Below are positions 24,416-36,570 of a stretch of 64,000 nt of DNA, in pieces; position 1 is the stretch's first letter; each line of letters begins with the position of its first letter. This DNA comes from Heteronotia binoei. Lineage: Eukaryota. The notes beneath the pieces were generated by a model. It searched no databases and was not told the origin of the DNA. It saw nothing but the letters and a program-made list of their open reading frames with translations. The translations under genes and the position numbers were made by a program. The stretch is from positions 174,902,001 to 174,966,000 of the forward strand of contig NC_083224.1 of NCBI RefSeq assembly GCF_032191835.1. Direction: 5' to 3'.

Positions 24416-25368
24416 GTAAGTTTCCATTCTGTTTATAGAGCCCTAACTGCATGCATCAAAGCATGCCATTTGCATGAATTTTAAAGAATAATATCTTAAC
24501 ATTTATTTTCATTATGTTGCCGTGATTTTGACGGAAGCATTTTTCATACCTCCTCCCCGACAGCTGTGTGCTAACATTATCTTGGTTAAGGTCATTTGTA
24601 AGTAATGAAGCCCTAGTAGCTGATGATAACTTGAATATATTAGCAGTACTTCTGCACTTTTTTCCTTGCAGAAAAGCATTGGGTTAGGCTTCAGTTATTG
24701 AGGCCATGTGATTGCTCTTTATGAAATATGGAAATAACTTCTGTGATGGAAGTTTAAGGCTGTTCTTTTAAATAAGAATCTGTTATGATGGGCAAACTAG
24801 CTGTTGATTGAATCATGGGAACTTAACAGCTAGGCAATATCTGTTAACACTAAGAAATAAAGTTTTTAGAATGGAATGACTACCATTTATTTACTCCTTT
24901 CTGGTTGGAGGAACAGTGTACATGGGGGCAGAGGAGTCATAGGAACAGATCTGTGATCAGTGCTAACAGTGGGTTAGACAGATCTCAAACAGCGGGGACA
25001 TAATATGCTTTCCTGCTTTCTCATTTTGAGCAAAGGTTGTGGCTGTGAGGAGGAGGGAATATATTTCTGATTCCCCCCCCCCCCAATAAAGTCAGAAAAT
25101 AACACATTTCTTGACTGGGAAGAAAGGAAGCATTCGTCTTCTTGAGACCCGGAGGTTGCAATTTGGGAGTCCAGCCTTGGTTTTGTGCAACCTGCTAGGG
25201 GGCAGTTGGCATTCTATCCAGTTCTCCCTGATCTCCTTCAGAGTTGGTGGTCTTTTTACTGGTTTTCAATAAGAAGTAAAATTTGCTACCTGTGTTCTCT
25301 GATGTTTTTGGAATAATTGGTTGTTGTAGATTTTCTGGGCCGTGTGGCTGTGGTCTTGGCATTTTGAG

Positions 25369-25411
25369 ACCTGACATTTTGCCAGCAACTGTGACTGGCA
25401 TCCTCAGAGGT
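25369..25411 (-). ncRNA. Minimal type-I hammerhead ribozyme relic (GAAA core mutated to AAAA)
   Basis: ACCT-CTGAGGA-T-GCCAG[tcacagttg]CTGGC-AAAA-TGTC-AGGT; stems I and II pair perfectly. Confidence 0.7.
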
Positions 25412-25609
25412 GTAACCGAGAAAAACTGGAGTTCTCTCTGGGTCAAATTGAGAAGAAGTTGGTTGACAAGTAATTTATATCTACTCAGGCAGGTGTAGTA
25501 GGGCTGAGCCATTATCTTGTGGGTGCTTCCTGGGCTGTGACATGCTGATGGAGGAGTTTACCTGAGGGGGTTCTTTTGTATATGGATTGGCTATTGAAAT
25601 TCTAATCTC

Positions 25610-25757
25610 TCAATGCACAGCAGCCAAGAAGGTCTGAGCGCCTGCTCCGGCTGCAACGCCACTGAGGATGTTCTCCGCAGCTGAGAACAAAATGTCTGGA
25701 AGGAAAACTTTCTCCAGTAGAACACGGCACTTGATCCCGAAAGATTATACAAACCCT
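25610..25757 (+). mobile_element. 148-bp hammerhead-bearing Penelope-derived insert with 12-bp TSD
   Basis: Flanked by AATTCTAATCTC at 25598-25609 and 25758-25769; contains CCA-CTGAGGA-T-GTTCTC[cgcagct]GAGAAC-AAAA-TGTC-TGG at 25659-25699. Confidence 0.8.
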
Positions 25758-26154
25758 AATTCTAATCTCATCTGTAGTGCTGTTGTAAACTGTAGAGCAT
25801 TTTGTGTTTTTCAGGACTGGAAGCCATGCCCTATTCATTTTTAAACTTACTTCCTTCCTGTTGAAATTGTGTGTGTTTATGGATTTCAGTGGCCTCTCTG
25901 TGTAATCTAACATGGTAATTGGACGTTAGCATTACAGTATCCTGGAATAAGATACTGTGTCCTGTTTGAGTTAGGCTATGTTCAGCCACTGCTGATTTTT
26001 CAGGTTGGCCAGGTCTGCAGTGTCTTTCATGTTCTTTTATTCTTGTCTGGATGCTACGTTGTGTGGTCCCGATGTAAATTTGTCCATAACTGCAAGGTAT
26101 GCTGTATACTCCTGCAGAAGTGAGGGGGTCTCTTCTGTCTTTTGCAGATTGGAG

Positions 26155-26520
26155 CACAGTGCCTCTGTGGCCGGTGCAAGTTCAACAAGATCAATGTCAA
26201 ATTGGAGAATCTGTGCAGTGGAAACAAAGTGGGTGGACACTATTGCAGGCCCAGCAGAACCAATTGCAATGTGGAGAAGCTTAACAGAACTCAGTAGTAC
26301 TGTGGCAGTGTAATCTCAACAGGGCTAATGTCAAAGCAGAGAATCTCTGCATTGGAAGCTCAAGATGGGAGGTGGTATTTTTGCAACCTTGCAGAATCAG
26401 TTGCAATGTGCAGAAGCCCAGCAGAACCCCACTGCCTTTGTGGAAGTGCAAATTCAACAGCACTAATATCAGAGTGGAAAATCACAGTAGAACAAATCCA
26501 AGCAAAGCAACTACATCAAA
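26155..26520 (+). repeat. Diverged tandem repeat, 2.5-3 units of 135-138 bp, coding-like
   Basis: tgtgg(c/a)...gtg anchors at 26166, 26301, 26439; ttgcaatgtg(g/c)agaagc at 26264 and 26401. Confidence 0.75.
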
Positions 26521-27694
26521 GGTGAAAACAAAAAAAACCCCTTGAAGCTTGACAGCAGCCTGGCAAGTTGTAGAAGCTCCTGGGACTGGAGGCACAGAAA
26601 CAAAGAAAAACTGAAGGGTGGGGGGGGGGGGGAGAAAGAAACACTGGCTCTCACTCTTTCTGGTTAATCCCAGCTGTTTCCAGGATTTTTGGGAACATTT
26701 TTTCAGAATCCTGGAAAATTCCTGAATATATTTAAAATGCCAGATATACCCGAAAAATACCAATATGGTATTTATCAGATACATTTTTTACTCAGTTTTA
26801 CCTGTATGCACATCCCTATTCATAATTATGCCAGTGGTTAGTTAGCTTTTATGTGTTGTGGGATTCAGGTCTCTGTGTTAGAATTTTTTACCCAGTGTAT
26901 AATGTGAAGTAGTTCATCCTCCAAATGTTGTTATAACTTCTGCTATCACGTTTTGCTTCGTCATCAGTTATACTGCCATAGGAGAAAGGTTGGTTAACAT
27001 AATGTTAGTAGCCATTTATTTTGTCATCATCCTCTATGTCAAGTGCCTGTTCTTTCAAGCTTGTTTGGAAGCTAGTATTTGTCTGGCTGGCTTATAGCAT
27101 GCCATTTTTTCCAAGGAGGACAATAGTACCTTATACATGGGGTCTCCAAATAATTGCAGTTATTGCAGATGCATAGGCCTACTTAAACTTCAGAGAGGGA
27201 ACTCTGTTGTCAAGCTTGGTATCCCTGCCCTCTCATTTCTATTTTTTCATTTCATAATATCACATCTGCAAGAAATACATAACAATCACCTTATAATGAA
27301 GTGTCACCTTTTACTTACAAGTTTCAAGTGATGAATATAAACATTTGGTTGGAAAACTCAGCACAGAGCTTCTTTCATAATGTAAACCATATGTTGGAAG
27401 TATCTTGTGAACTATCTTTACTCACGGTTGCTTGTACACATGTACATACTTTGAATTTAATCTCTAAACTTGGGTTCATGAACAATGTAACAAGCCTGCA
27501 GCTGAGAAAGAGATGCTTGCATGCTACTGGCTAGAATTTCATGCCTGCTGCACCACTGTTTGGATTGTTTTTAACCCCAGAGGCTAACAGTTATCAGGAA
27601 CAGAGGCGCAAATACAATAGTTTATCTGAAACTAAGTAAGTTGGTTTAAAAAGCAAAATAGAGAAGAAGTGACTAAACCTTGACCTATTTGGTT

Positions 27695-28085
27695 CAGGCT
27701 AACCTGATCTAGTCACATCTTGGAAGCTAAGCTGGGTCAGTTACTATTTGGATGGGAGTAGTGCTCCCTCTAAGCTGAGTGAGTGTGAGCTACCTCAGTT
27801 TTTTTTGGCCTCTGGCTAACACATTTTTGTCTTAGCTCAGGAAAAATGACCCCAGAGTGAACTTGTTTCTGTAGTAGGCCACAACTTTAATGTCAGTAGC
27901 TCACACAGTAGAATTTTTGCTCACAAGGTGCCATAGCTTAGAGGGAGTATTGGATGGGAGACCACCAAGGAAGCCCAAAGTCGCTATACAGAGGCAGGCA
28001 GTGGCAAAGTCACCTCTGAATGTCTGTTGTCTTGAAAACCCTACAGGGCTGCCATAAATCAGATATAATTTGAGAGCACTTTCCG
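27695..28085 (+). mobile_element. 5S rRNA-derived SINE (5S-Sauria-like), interrupted by a MITE
   Basis: cctgatct...tcttggaagctaag...tttggatgggagaccaccaagg matches internal 5S rRNA; tail gaggcaggcagtggcaaag...gaaaaccctacaggg. Confidence 0.75.
27759..27952. mobile_element. hAT-type MITE (CAGTGTTCCCTCTAAG family, reverse orientation)
   Basis: TIRs tagtgctccctctaagct / agcttagagggagtattg; perfect TSD GATGGGAG (27751-27758, 27953-27960). Confidence 0.88.
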
Positions 28086-28649
28086 CCACTACACTTAATT
28101 AAAAGAAGCACATCAAAACGGACATATCTGAAAACAGTTACTGTAGTTTTTCCATAGCCCCAGGGGGAATAATTTTTGGCACAATTTAAATGGCTGAGTT
28201 TTGTTCATCTGGTTTGTCCAATCAAGCTCAGATTGGGTAGACTCGTTAGTATTAACCCCAACCTACCTGTTTGTCTTTCCTTCTTCCACCAGTTCTCCCC
28301 TTCAGTGAATAAGATTAGCTGCTTTATTGCAGGGATGGTATTTTACGTAACCAGGTGGGATGGGGAACAGAGATAGGGATGAAGTTGAGTTTTATGGTAT
28401 TTTAATGCTTGGTTTGAAGACCTAATGGGTAAAGCTCCCAGAACAACATAAATAGTTGAAAAGGGGCCCTGGTCATACCTTATTCAAGTAGGCGTTTATT
28501 CTGACTCTCATTAATGACTTGGCTTGCAAATAGGTATTTCAGGTTTCATACAGTTTTGCTTGTGCTACTTATCAATATGTGATGAACAATTTATACTTTT
28601 AATTATTCAGTCTTATCTCATTCTTAATCCTTTAATGAAATTTTAGCCT

Positions 28650-28885
28650 GAGAGCCAGTTTGGTGTGGTGGTTAAGTGGTCTGACTCTTATCTAGGAGAA
28701 CTGGGTTTGATTCCCCACTCCTCCACATCCAAATGCTTTTCTCTCGAGAGCAGCTTTTGCCAGAGCTCTCTCAGGCCCACCTATCTCACAGGGTGTCTGT
28801 TGTGGGGAGCGGGGGGGGGGGGGGAAGGAAATTGTCAGCCACTCTGAGACTCCAAGTGAAGGGTGGGGTATAAATCCAATCTCTT
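28650..28885 (+). mobile_element. Gecko-type tRNA SINE (Squam3-like)
   Basis: gagagccagtttggtgtggtggttaag A-box, gggtttgattcccc B-box, tail gggtggggtataaatccaat. Confidence 0.8.
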
Positions 28886-29853
28886 CTTTTTAAAATCATT
28901 CTTTCTGGGACCTTCACCCTCTCCTACAACCAACAATTTCCCCTTAATTATAACAATGTCTTAATAGGCACAAACTCCAGCTGGAAAAGTTTCTCCCCTT
29001 CGTTTGTGCAAGTTAAAAGTAAAATAATTGGGAGGGGGGCCTGAATCACGCTTTTGCAACCATAATGTTGCAACCTGGGCACCAGAAATTTTGTGGGGGT
29101 TTTTTAACTTCAGCAATCAATGCAAAAGGCTGTAAATTCTGCTGGAATATCTCATAATGATAAATTGTAAACGCAGTGACTATTAACTGGTTCTAATAAA
29201 CCATTTTTTACAATAAAGCTACTCTCCTTTAGCAGTGTTTCTAAATTTATGTGATCCAGTATATATTCTTCCAAATTAAAAAGAAAATAAAATTTCTGTC
29301 CACTCCTGGCAAGTTGAGAATAGTAAATAGCTTACAGATGGCTTTTAGTAAAAGCATTCTGAATTTTGGAAGCAACAGGGGTATTGTGAAGTATACTGTT
29401 GACTATAGGGAGGATTCTAGCAGCTAATTTTGTAACTCCTTTCTCATCTGCACATGCTGCCCTCAGGTGAATAATTTAACTGTAAACCTGGAGAGGGAGG
29501 TATGGGGGTATAATGTAAAGAAAGATCTGAATGTCAGCTGCACACGTTGTGTGCTTCAGCTCCAATTTTTGAAGAAAAGTCTTGGTGTCTGAAGTTGATA
29601 GAAATGATGATGATCTCCATGTTTGTGTAATCCAGACACCCATCTTCATAGTCTGTGGACAATATGACCATGAAGTGATGCTATAGCCTTTTATTTTAAA
29701 ATTATGGAAGGTATGTAAAATTGGGACCAAAGTTCTTCTCAGATCAAATGAACATCAAGAAAAATAACTCATGCCATGCATGCAATATTTAAATTCCTCA
29801 AAGGAAATGTTTCTCATAGAATGGCATCAAGGGATCTAATAAATATGGATACT

Positions 29854-30024
29854 CAGGGGTGGAATTCTAGCAGGAGCTCCCTTGCATTTTAGGCCACACA
29901 CCCCTGATGTAGCCAATCCTCCAAGAGTTTACAAAGCTCTTTTTTGTAAGTACTTGGAGGATTGGCTACATCAGGGGTGTGTGGCCTGATATGCAAATGA
30001 GCTCCTGCTAGAATTCCATCCCTG
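29854..30024. mobile_element. Palindromic hAT-type MITE (CAGGGGTG terminus)
   Basis: Perfect TSD TGGATACT (29846-29853, 30025-30032). Confidence 0.92.
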
Positions 30025-31734
30025 TGGATACTCTGCTTCTGCATTCTCCTAGGCATTATCTAATGAGTGAAACACTGTTCTAAAACTTCAGTGGGGTCAC
30101 CATGCTACAGGGATCCTTATTGCCCAGATAGATCCCTCAAGTCATGTCTGAAATGACACCAAATAGAGCTCAAGAAACTGAATAGTGAGAGGGAATATGT
30201 GGTGACACATGGTGGAAGAGAGATCATTATGCCTTGCCTGCAGTGCCATCACAAAGGCCTTTCACTACTGACCTGCCTTCAGAATTTATGTTGCTCCGAT
30301 GTTACAGCAATATGTATGTTCCATCTAACTGGTATTTTTTTGTGTAGCTTGTTTATGTCAGGGCTTCTGAAATATATACCATCTTCTAAAACCTCTTATG
30401 GAAATGATGCTTGTGATGAAAATGGTGTTATCTGCTCTTGTAATCTTATTACTCATTTTCAGAGGCTTGTCAGGATTTATGGAGCTTATTTGAACCCCGA
30501 ATGTTAACACTGGCTGATCAGTGGGAATTCTGCAGCTGAAACTTAAATCAGTTGGTCAGCAGATGCTTGCTGTTCCTAAACTTGTGCTCAGACTGAGCAC
30601 TGAGAGTCAAAATCATTTTATGTCCAATGGTATATCCAATGCAAATACAGAAAATTAGTTATTGATGGAGAATGCCTCATTTAAAGATATTGCATTTGTG
30701 AACAAGTTTATTTAACCAAGGCTTTTGAGCTTTTCATGGAAAAAAAGGCCCTTTATGGTTGAATATTTAGGCATAATATGGACTTTCAAATTGGTGCTTT
30801 CTGGAAGCACTTTTTACAGAGTTATACAGTTAAGTGTAAGACACCTGGATATCCTGGCTAGTAATACATGGTGATGGATCTGTAAGGGCTGAGGAAAAGA
30901 AAAAAGATACATCACAAGACATAATCTGATTTTTAAGATTTCTCCTTGGCCTTACTATTAAAAGTTGTTATAAATCAAGGACTTATGAGCTTCCCATTAC
31001 CACTATTTTAGAGTTTAGAAGGAAGTGGTTTACCACTAGGGATAGGCCCAAACTGGTATTTTGGCCAGTTCGTGGTTTGTAAACTGAAGTTTGTGGTGGG
31101 TCAACTGGCATGAACTTTCAAGCTGTTTGTGGTAGTTTGCATGGATACATTTCCAGACAGATGGTCTTCACTCTGTCAAGATGTTTACCAAACTTCAAAG
31201 CAACATAACTTGGACAGCATGTACAGGAACATCCAGAGGAGGTCCCCTGTGACTTTGATGTCTCTAGCTTGCACAGGATCTGTTCTATACACTGCAGGGG
31301 CATAGACTTTTCAGTTTCTTCAGGGGGGGCAGGCGGGGCGGGGCTGGGGCCCAGCCAGAGACATTTGATCCAGTGACATCATAGGGAGGAGCCAGTGACA
31401 TCACAGGGAGGGACCTCCATTATCACTACCTGTGAATTTATGGAGAAGCTCCCTCCCCATAAATTTAGGGAGCACCCCCCCCCCCCAAAAACAATGCCCA
31501 TGGACAGGGCCAAACCCAGAAAAAGGTGGGAGTTGGCCAGTGGTTATAGTGGTATCTCAGAGGTCTCATGCTGTGTCCTGTTTTTGAAATTCACTTTTAG
31601 AATAGTCACTTTAAGATCTGCAAATATACATATCATGTGCATAGGACAAATTAATGGTCACAAATTTGACAGTAAAAGGCAATACAGAAAAGCTTTAGGG
31701 GAACATTTCCTCCCCCCCCCCCCGCTGTTTTCTG

Positions 31735-31965
31735 ATGACCCTGAAGCACAATCTCCTTTACCTTCCCCACCCCCCCAACAGACACCCTGTGAGGTAGGTT
31801 GGGCTAAGAGAGCTCTTACAGCAGCTGCCCTTTCAAGGACAACTCCTACAAAAGTGATGATTGACCCAAGGCCATTCCAGCAGCTGCAAGTGGAGGAGTG
31901 GAGAATCAAACCTGGTTCTCCCAAATAAGAGTCTGCACACTTAGCTACTGCACCAAACTGGCTGT
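31735..31965 (-). mobile_element. Gecko-type tRNA SINE (Squam3-like)
   Basis: Reverse complement of the 28650 copy. ORFs 31395-31928 and 31658-31924 overlap it. Confidence 0.8.
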
Positions 31966-32406
31966 CACCGACTATATGTTGGGTTCAGTATATGCTACAG
32001 TTTACAGCTGCTGCTGATACTGGGGCTTGACACCTAAATCATTCAATTTTCACTTATACTCAGAAATCAAACTTTCATTTCATGTATTCAACATATTCTG
32101 CCCTACCCACAAAATGGGCTCAGGATGGCTCACATCATAAAACCAACAGCAGCAAAACAATAAATAAGATCAATGATTAATAGCAAAAAAAGACTAATGT
32201 CAAATAAAATAAGTGTGTGCGCAATGTAAATGAAACAGTGTACATGCACACAAAAGCTGATGCCCAGAATAAAACTTGGTTGGTTCTTAAAGGTGCCACT
32301 GGCCTCAGATTTTGTTCTTAAAGGCCTCTGATCTTCATGGCCACACTCAATCTCACTTTCCCCCCAAATGTAAATTGGAATCAAGCAAGTATTTTGAATC
32401 CACCAC

Positions 32407-32598
32407 CAATGTTCCCTCTAAGCTGCAGTCTTGAGAGCAAAAACTCTACTTTGTGAGCTACTGGCATTAAAGTTGTGAGCTACTGCATAAATTATTGTGC
32501 TCTAGGGCCATTTTGACTGAGCTCAGACAAAAATGTGTGAGCTGGAGGCTAAAAATCTGTGAGCTAGCTCAGGCTAACTCAACTTAGAGGGAACACTG
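32407..32598. mobile_element. hAT-type MITE (CAGTGTTCCCTCTAAG family)
   Basis: TIRs caatgttccctctaag / cttagagggaacactg; TSD TCCACCAC/TCCACCAA. Confidence 0.88.
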
Positions 32599-34199
32599 TC
32601 CACCAAAGAGAGCCTGCAGTCTGACTGTTGGTGCATTAAAAGTGGGGTGGGGGGGAGGAATCTCACTATTATCTTGATAATTGCTGCTGTATCTTGACAA
32701 TTATCTTGACAATTGCTGCCCTATCCAAGGCTGATTGGTTCATCGTCTTTTCCACCACATGGGACTTTCAAGGCAAGAGAAGCAGAAGCTCAATTAGCAT
32801 TTCTAAGGAGCTGTGCTTGGGTTGTAAAGTCATTAAGTCATTCATGAAGTCATTCACTGACTTTGAAGCTCAGAGGGAAAAATCCATTTGTGCCTTTGAA
32901 GCCCCAAGTCCTGTGTTGATTGCCCAGTGGGGGCTTAGCCCCGAGTGATAAAATCCAGGGGGGCTGTATCATACTTTACGCCTATGATACAGCTGAACTT
33001 GTGTCTGTCAAAATGTTTACCTTTCATTTCCCCAGAAAGCACTTTCCTGGGGGCACCTTCTTTGATAGGCCCTAACTCGGACCCCATAAATCTATTCCTC
33101 ACCAAACTTGGAGGGCAGATACAGGAGAGTCAGCCAGAGATCCCTTGTGAGTTTGGTGTGTCTAGTACATTGGGGAGCGTTCTGCCATGTTATTAACTGA
33201 ACAGGTTCATTTGGCAGCTAAAAGGTCATGAGAGTTTGTGATTTGCAAATGAACTGAACTTCACTTTCCCTGTTCCCATCCCTGTTTAGCACTCCTTTAT
33301 TGTTCTTGGATTCAGTTCCAGCTAAGAACCCCTTCCCTGCGGGGTTCACCTGCAATTGATGGGGCATTGGGAAGAGTAGGAAGCAGCTCCATTGTGCTAG
33401 GATTAGCTCAACTGAGAATTCCCTTACCAGATATATGTATATTGCATTTGAGTGTAGTTTTCTTTTATTCCTGTGAGCAGCATTGGGAGTCTGTTTGGCT
33501 GAAAAGCAAAAATGCAATATTAAGATAACTGAAGAATTCAAACTGTATCTGAGCAGTCCATGAGTAGTTTTTGGATTGCAATGGAGATAAAAGCTATCCA
33601 GATTCTAATATGATACTGCATAAACCACATGATCGATACTGCATGTTGCGAATTTTTTAAGATAATATAGTTATCGTCAGGAATGTCAATTGGATTGGTG
33701 GAATATTTCATAGGTTTTATATTTTAGTAAAAAGAGCAATACCCACAAAGGAAAGTGTCCCAATGGAGGGCTGGAACCTGGTAGAATAGCTTGTATACTC
33801 TGCCATGGGAGTGTTGCTGTGTACTAGGAGAGCTTTCAAACTAGCTAATTTTTTAAAAAATAAATAACAGTAGATCTTTTATACTCTGGAATATTTTCCA
33901 ATATGTTCCAATTCCTGTAAATGCTTTTTTCAAGGCTAGGCTTATAGAATTGTAAGTCAGACTACATACAACCCTCCCAAGGTCAGTCTTTTTCTTAGAA
34001 TCTTCCTTCTATCTTTAGCATTGGTAAGAGATATTTGTAGAACTTGCTGTGGGTATCCTTTGTATGCAAATTTTTCCTGCTATATTGATGCCTTCCTTTG
34101 AAAATCCTGTAATCTTGTACAATTTCTCCTAATTCTGAGAAACTAACTAAAAGGTAGATTACTTCTCATATGTGATGGGTAGTGGTTGTCATATCTGAG

Positions 34200-34600
34200 G
34201 AAGGAATGTTTTGTCATTTGGTTTTCTGTACAAACATGGTTGCTTATCATCCCTGGAAACCATAATGTATAAAAAGTTGATCTGTTTTTTATCTGCATGT
34301 AATTCAGATTTTAAATTCATATCTCTGTTGTCAAGCCAAGGACTGGGTGTTTGTAATTAATCTAAGGTTGTCGTCCATAATACACAAGTGTCATCAATAT
34401 GATGCCACCATTTTGTAATATAACTCTAAAATGGATTTTTAAAAGAATGTATGTTCTTTGTTCAAAAACACTCATATATAAATTTGCCACCTCTGGAGCC
34501 ATGGCAGATCCCATGTCTATACCGTTGATTTGCCAATATAAGTGCTGACTGGTCATTGTTCTACATCTATGAATCTCAGGGAGAGGTGTGCTCATGTATC
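34200..34600 (-). mobile_element. Decayed Penelope-type RT fragment
   Basis: LYWQINGIDMGSAMAPEVANLYMSVFEQ resembles the PLE RT Q..G.AMGS..AP..ANL.M motif. Confidence 0.6.
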
Positions 34601-34715
34601 AGAGTGGTGACTGTGCTTTCACAGTAGGCTGATGGCTCTATTTCTGTCTGTGTGTATGCTTCCTGGCAGAAAAAAGTTCGAGCCACTCTGGGTGTGGAAA
34701 TAATTTCATAGTTAG

Positions 34716-36570
34716 CTTCTCTTATGTTCTTATGCTACGTTGGATCAGGCCAATGGCCCATCCAGTCCCAACCATCTGTGTCACACAGTGGCCAAAATAC
34801 ACACACACACACACTGTGGCTAATAGCCACTGATGGACCTGTGCTTCATATTTTTATCTAAACCCCTCTTGAAGCTGGCTATGCTTGTAGCCGCCACCAC
34901 TTCCTGTGGCTGTAAATTCCACATGTTAATCACCCTTTGGGTGAAGAAGTACTTTTATCCATTTTAACCTGATTGCTCAGCAATTTCATTGAATGCCCAC
35001 GAGTTCTTGTATTGTGAGAAAGGGAGAAAAGTACGTCTTTCTCTACTTTCTCCATCCCATGCATAGTCTTGTAAACCTCTATCATGTCACCCCGCAGTCG
35101 ACGTTTCTCCAAGCTAAAGAGCCCCAAGCGTTTTAACCTTTCTTCATAGGGAAAGTGTTCCAAACCTTTAATCATTCTAGTTGCCCTTTTCTGCACTTTT
35201 TTCAATGCTATAATATCCTTTTTGAGGTGCGGTGACCAGAATTGTACACAGTATTCCAAATGAGACCGCACCATCGATTTATACAGGGACATTATGATAC
35301 TGGCTGATTAGTTTTCAATTCCCTTCCTAATAATTCCCAGCATGGTGTTGGCCTTTTTTATTGCAATCGCACACTGCCTTGACATTTTCAGTGAGTTATC
35401 TACCACAACCCCAAGATCTCTCTCTTGGTCAGTCTCTGCCAGTTCATACCCCATCAGCTTGTATTTGTAGCTGGGATTTTTGGCCCCAATGTGCATTACA
35501 TTGCACTTGGCCACACTGAACCTCATCTGCCACATTAACGCCCACTCACCCAGCCTCAACAGATCCCTTTGGAGTGCCTCACAATCCTCTCTGGTTCTCA
35601 CCACCCTGAACAATTTAGTGTCATCTGCAAACTTGGCCACTTCACTGCTTACTCTCAACTCCAAATCATTTATGAACAAGTTAAAGAGCATAGGACCCAG
35701 TACTGAGCCCTGCGGCACCCCACTGCTTACCATCCTGCACTGCGAAGACTGCCCATTGATACTCACTCTCTGCTTCCTATTAATTAGCCAGTTTTTGATC
35801 CACAAGAGGACCTGTCCTTTTACTCCATTTCTCTCAAGCTCACTAAGGAGCCTTTGATGAGAAACTTTATCGAAAGCTTTCTGGAAGTCAAGGTAAACAA
35901 CATCTATCGGGTCTCCTTTGTCCACATGTTTGTTCACCCCCTCAAAGAAATGTAACAGGTTAGCGAGGCAAGATCTTCCCTTACAGAACTTATGCTGAGT
36001 CTTCCTCAATAACTCATGTTCATCAATGTGCCTATTCATTCTGTCCTTGATAATGGTTTCTACCAACTTTCCCGGTATTGAAGTCAGACTGACTGGCCTG
36101 TAATTTCCCGGATCTCCTCTGGAACCCTTTTTAAAGATGGGGGTGACATTTGCTACCTTCCAGTCCTCAGGTACGGAGGCAGATTTCAATGAAAGATTGC
36201 AGATTTTTATCAGGAGATCCACAAGTTCAACTTTGAGTTCTTTCAGAACTCTTGGATGTATGCCATCCGGACCTGATGATTTATTAGATTTTAGTTTGTC
36301 AGTCAGTTGTAGGACCTCCTCTCTTGTCACTTCAATCTGACTCAAGTCTTTCAACACCCCTTCCAAAATAAGTGGTTCTGGAGCGGGCAAACACTTCTCA
36401 TCTTCCACAGTGAAGACGGAGGCAAAAAATGCATTCAGCTTCTTAGCCATTTCCCTATCCTCCTTCAGTAATCCTTTTACTCCTTGGTCATCCAGGGGCC
36501 CCACTGCCTCCCTGGCTGGGTTTCCTGCTTCTAATATACTTGAAGAAATTTTTATTGTTTGGATTTGGAT
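34716..36570 (-). mobile_element. 5'-truncated CR1 LINE (ORF2 RT, young and nearly intact)
   Basis: ORFs 35308-36504 and 34930-35292 are in the same frame, separated by one TAA (ENK codon AAA changed to TAA) plus 5 codons; motifs GPDGIHPRVL, YRPVSLT, GVPQGSVLGP, FADD; CR1 3'UTR present. Confidence 0.95.

Larger units (their letters stand above)
25317..26157 (-). mobile_element. Penelope-like element 3' part: GIY-YIG endonuclease plus pLTR with hammerhead relic
   Basis: SAGVYSIPCSYGQIYIGTTQRSIQTRIKEHERH...SAVAEH...HREATEIHKH...WLPVLKN is a Penelope GIY-YIG domain; the 3' UTR ends gcccagaaaatctacaacaacc. Confidence 0.9.

Noticed and set aside
27700-27975. 5S rRNA gene
   Set aside because: Partial and diverged, fused to a SINE tail and interrupted by a MITE, so it is a 5S-derived SINE.
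31395-31928. 177-aa ORF on the + strand
   Set aside because: It runs through MITE-like sequence, poly-C tracts and an antisense SINE.
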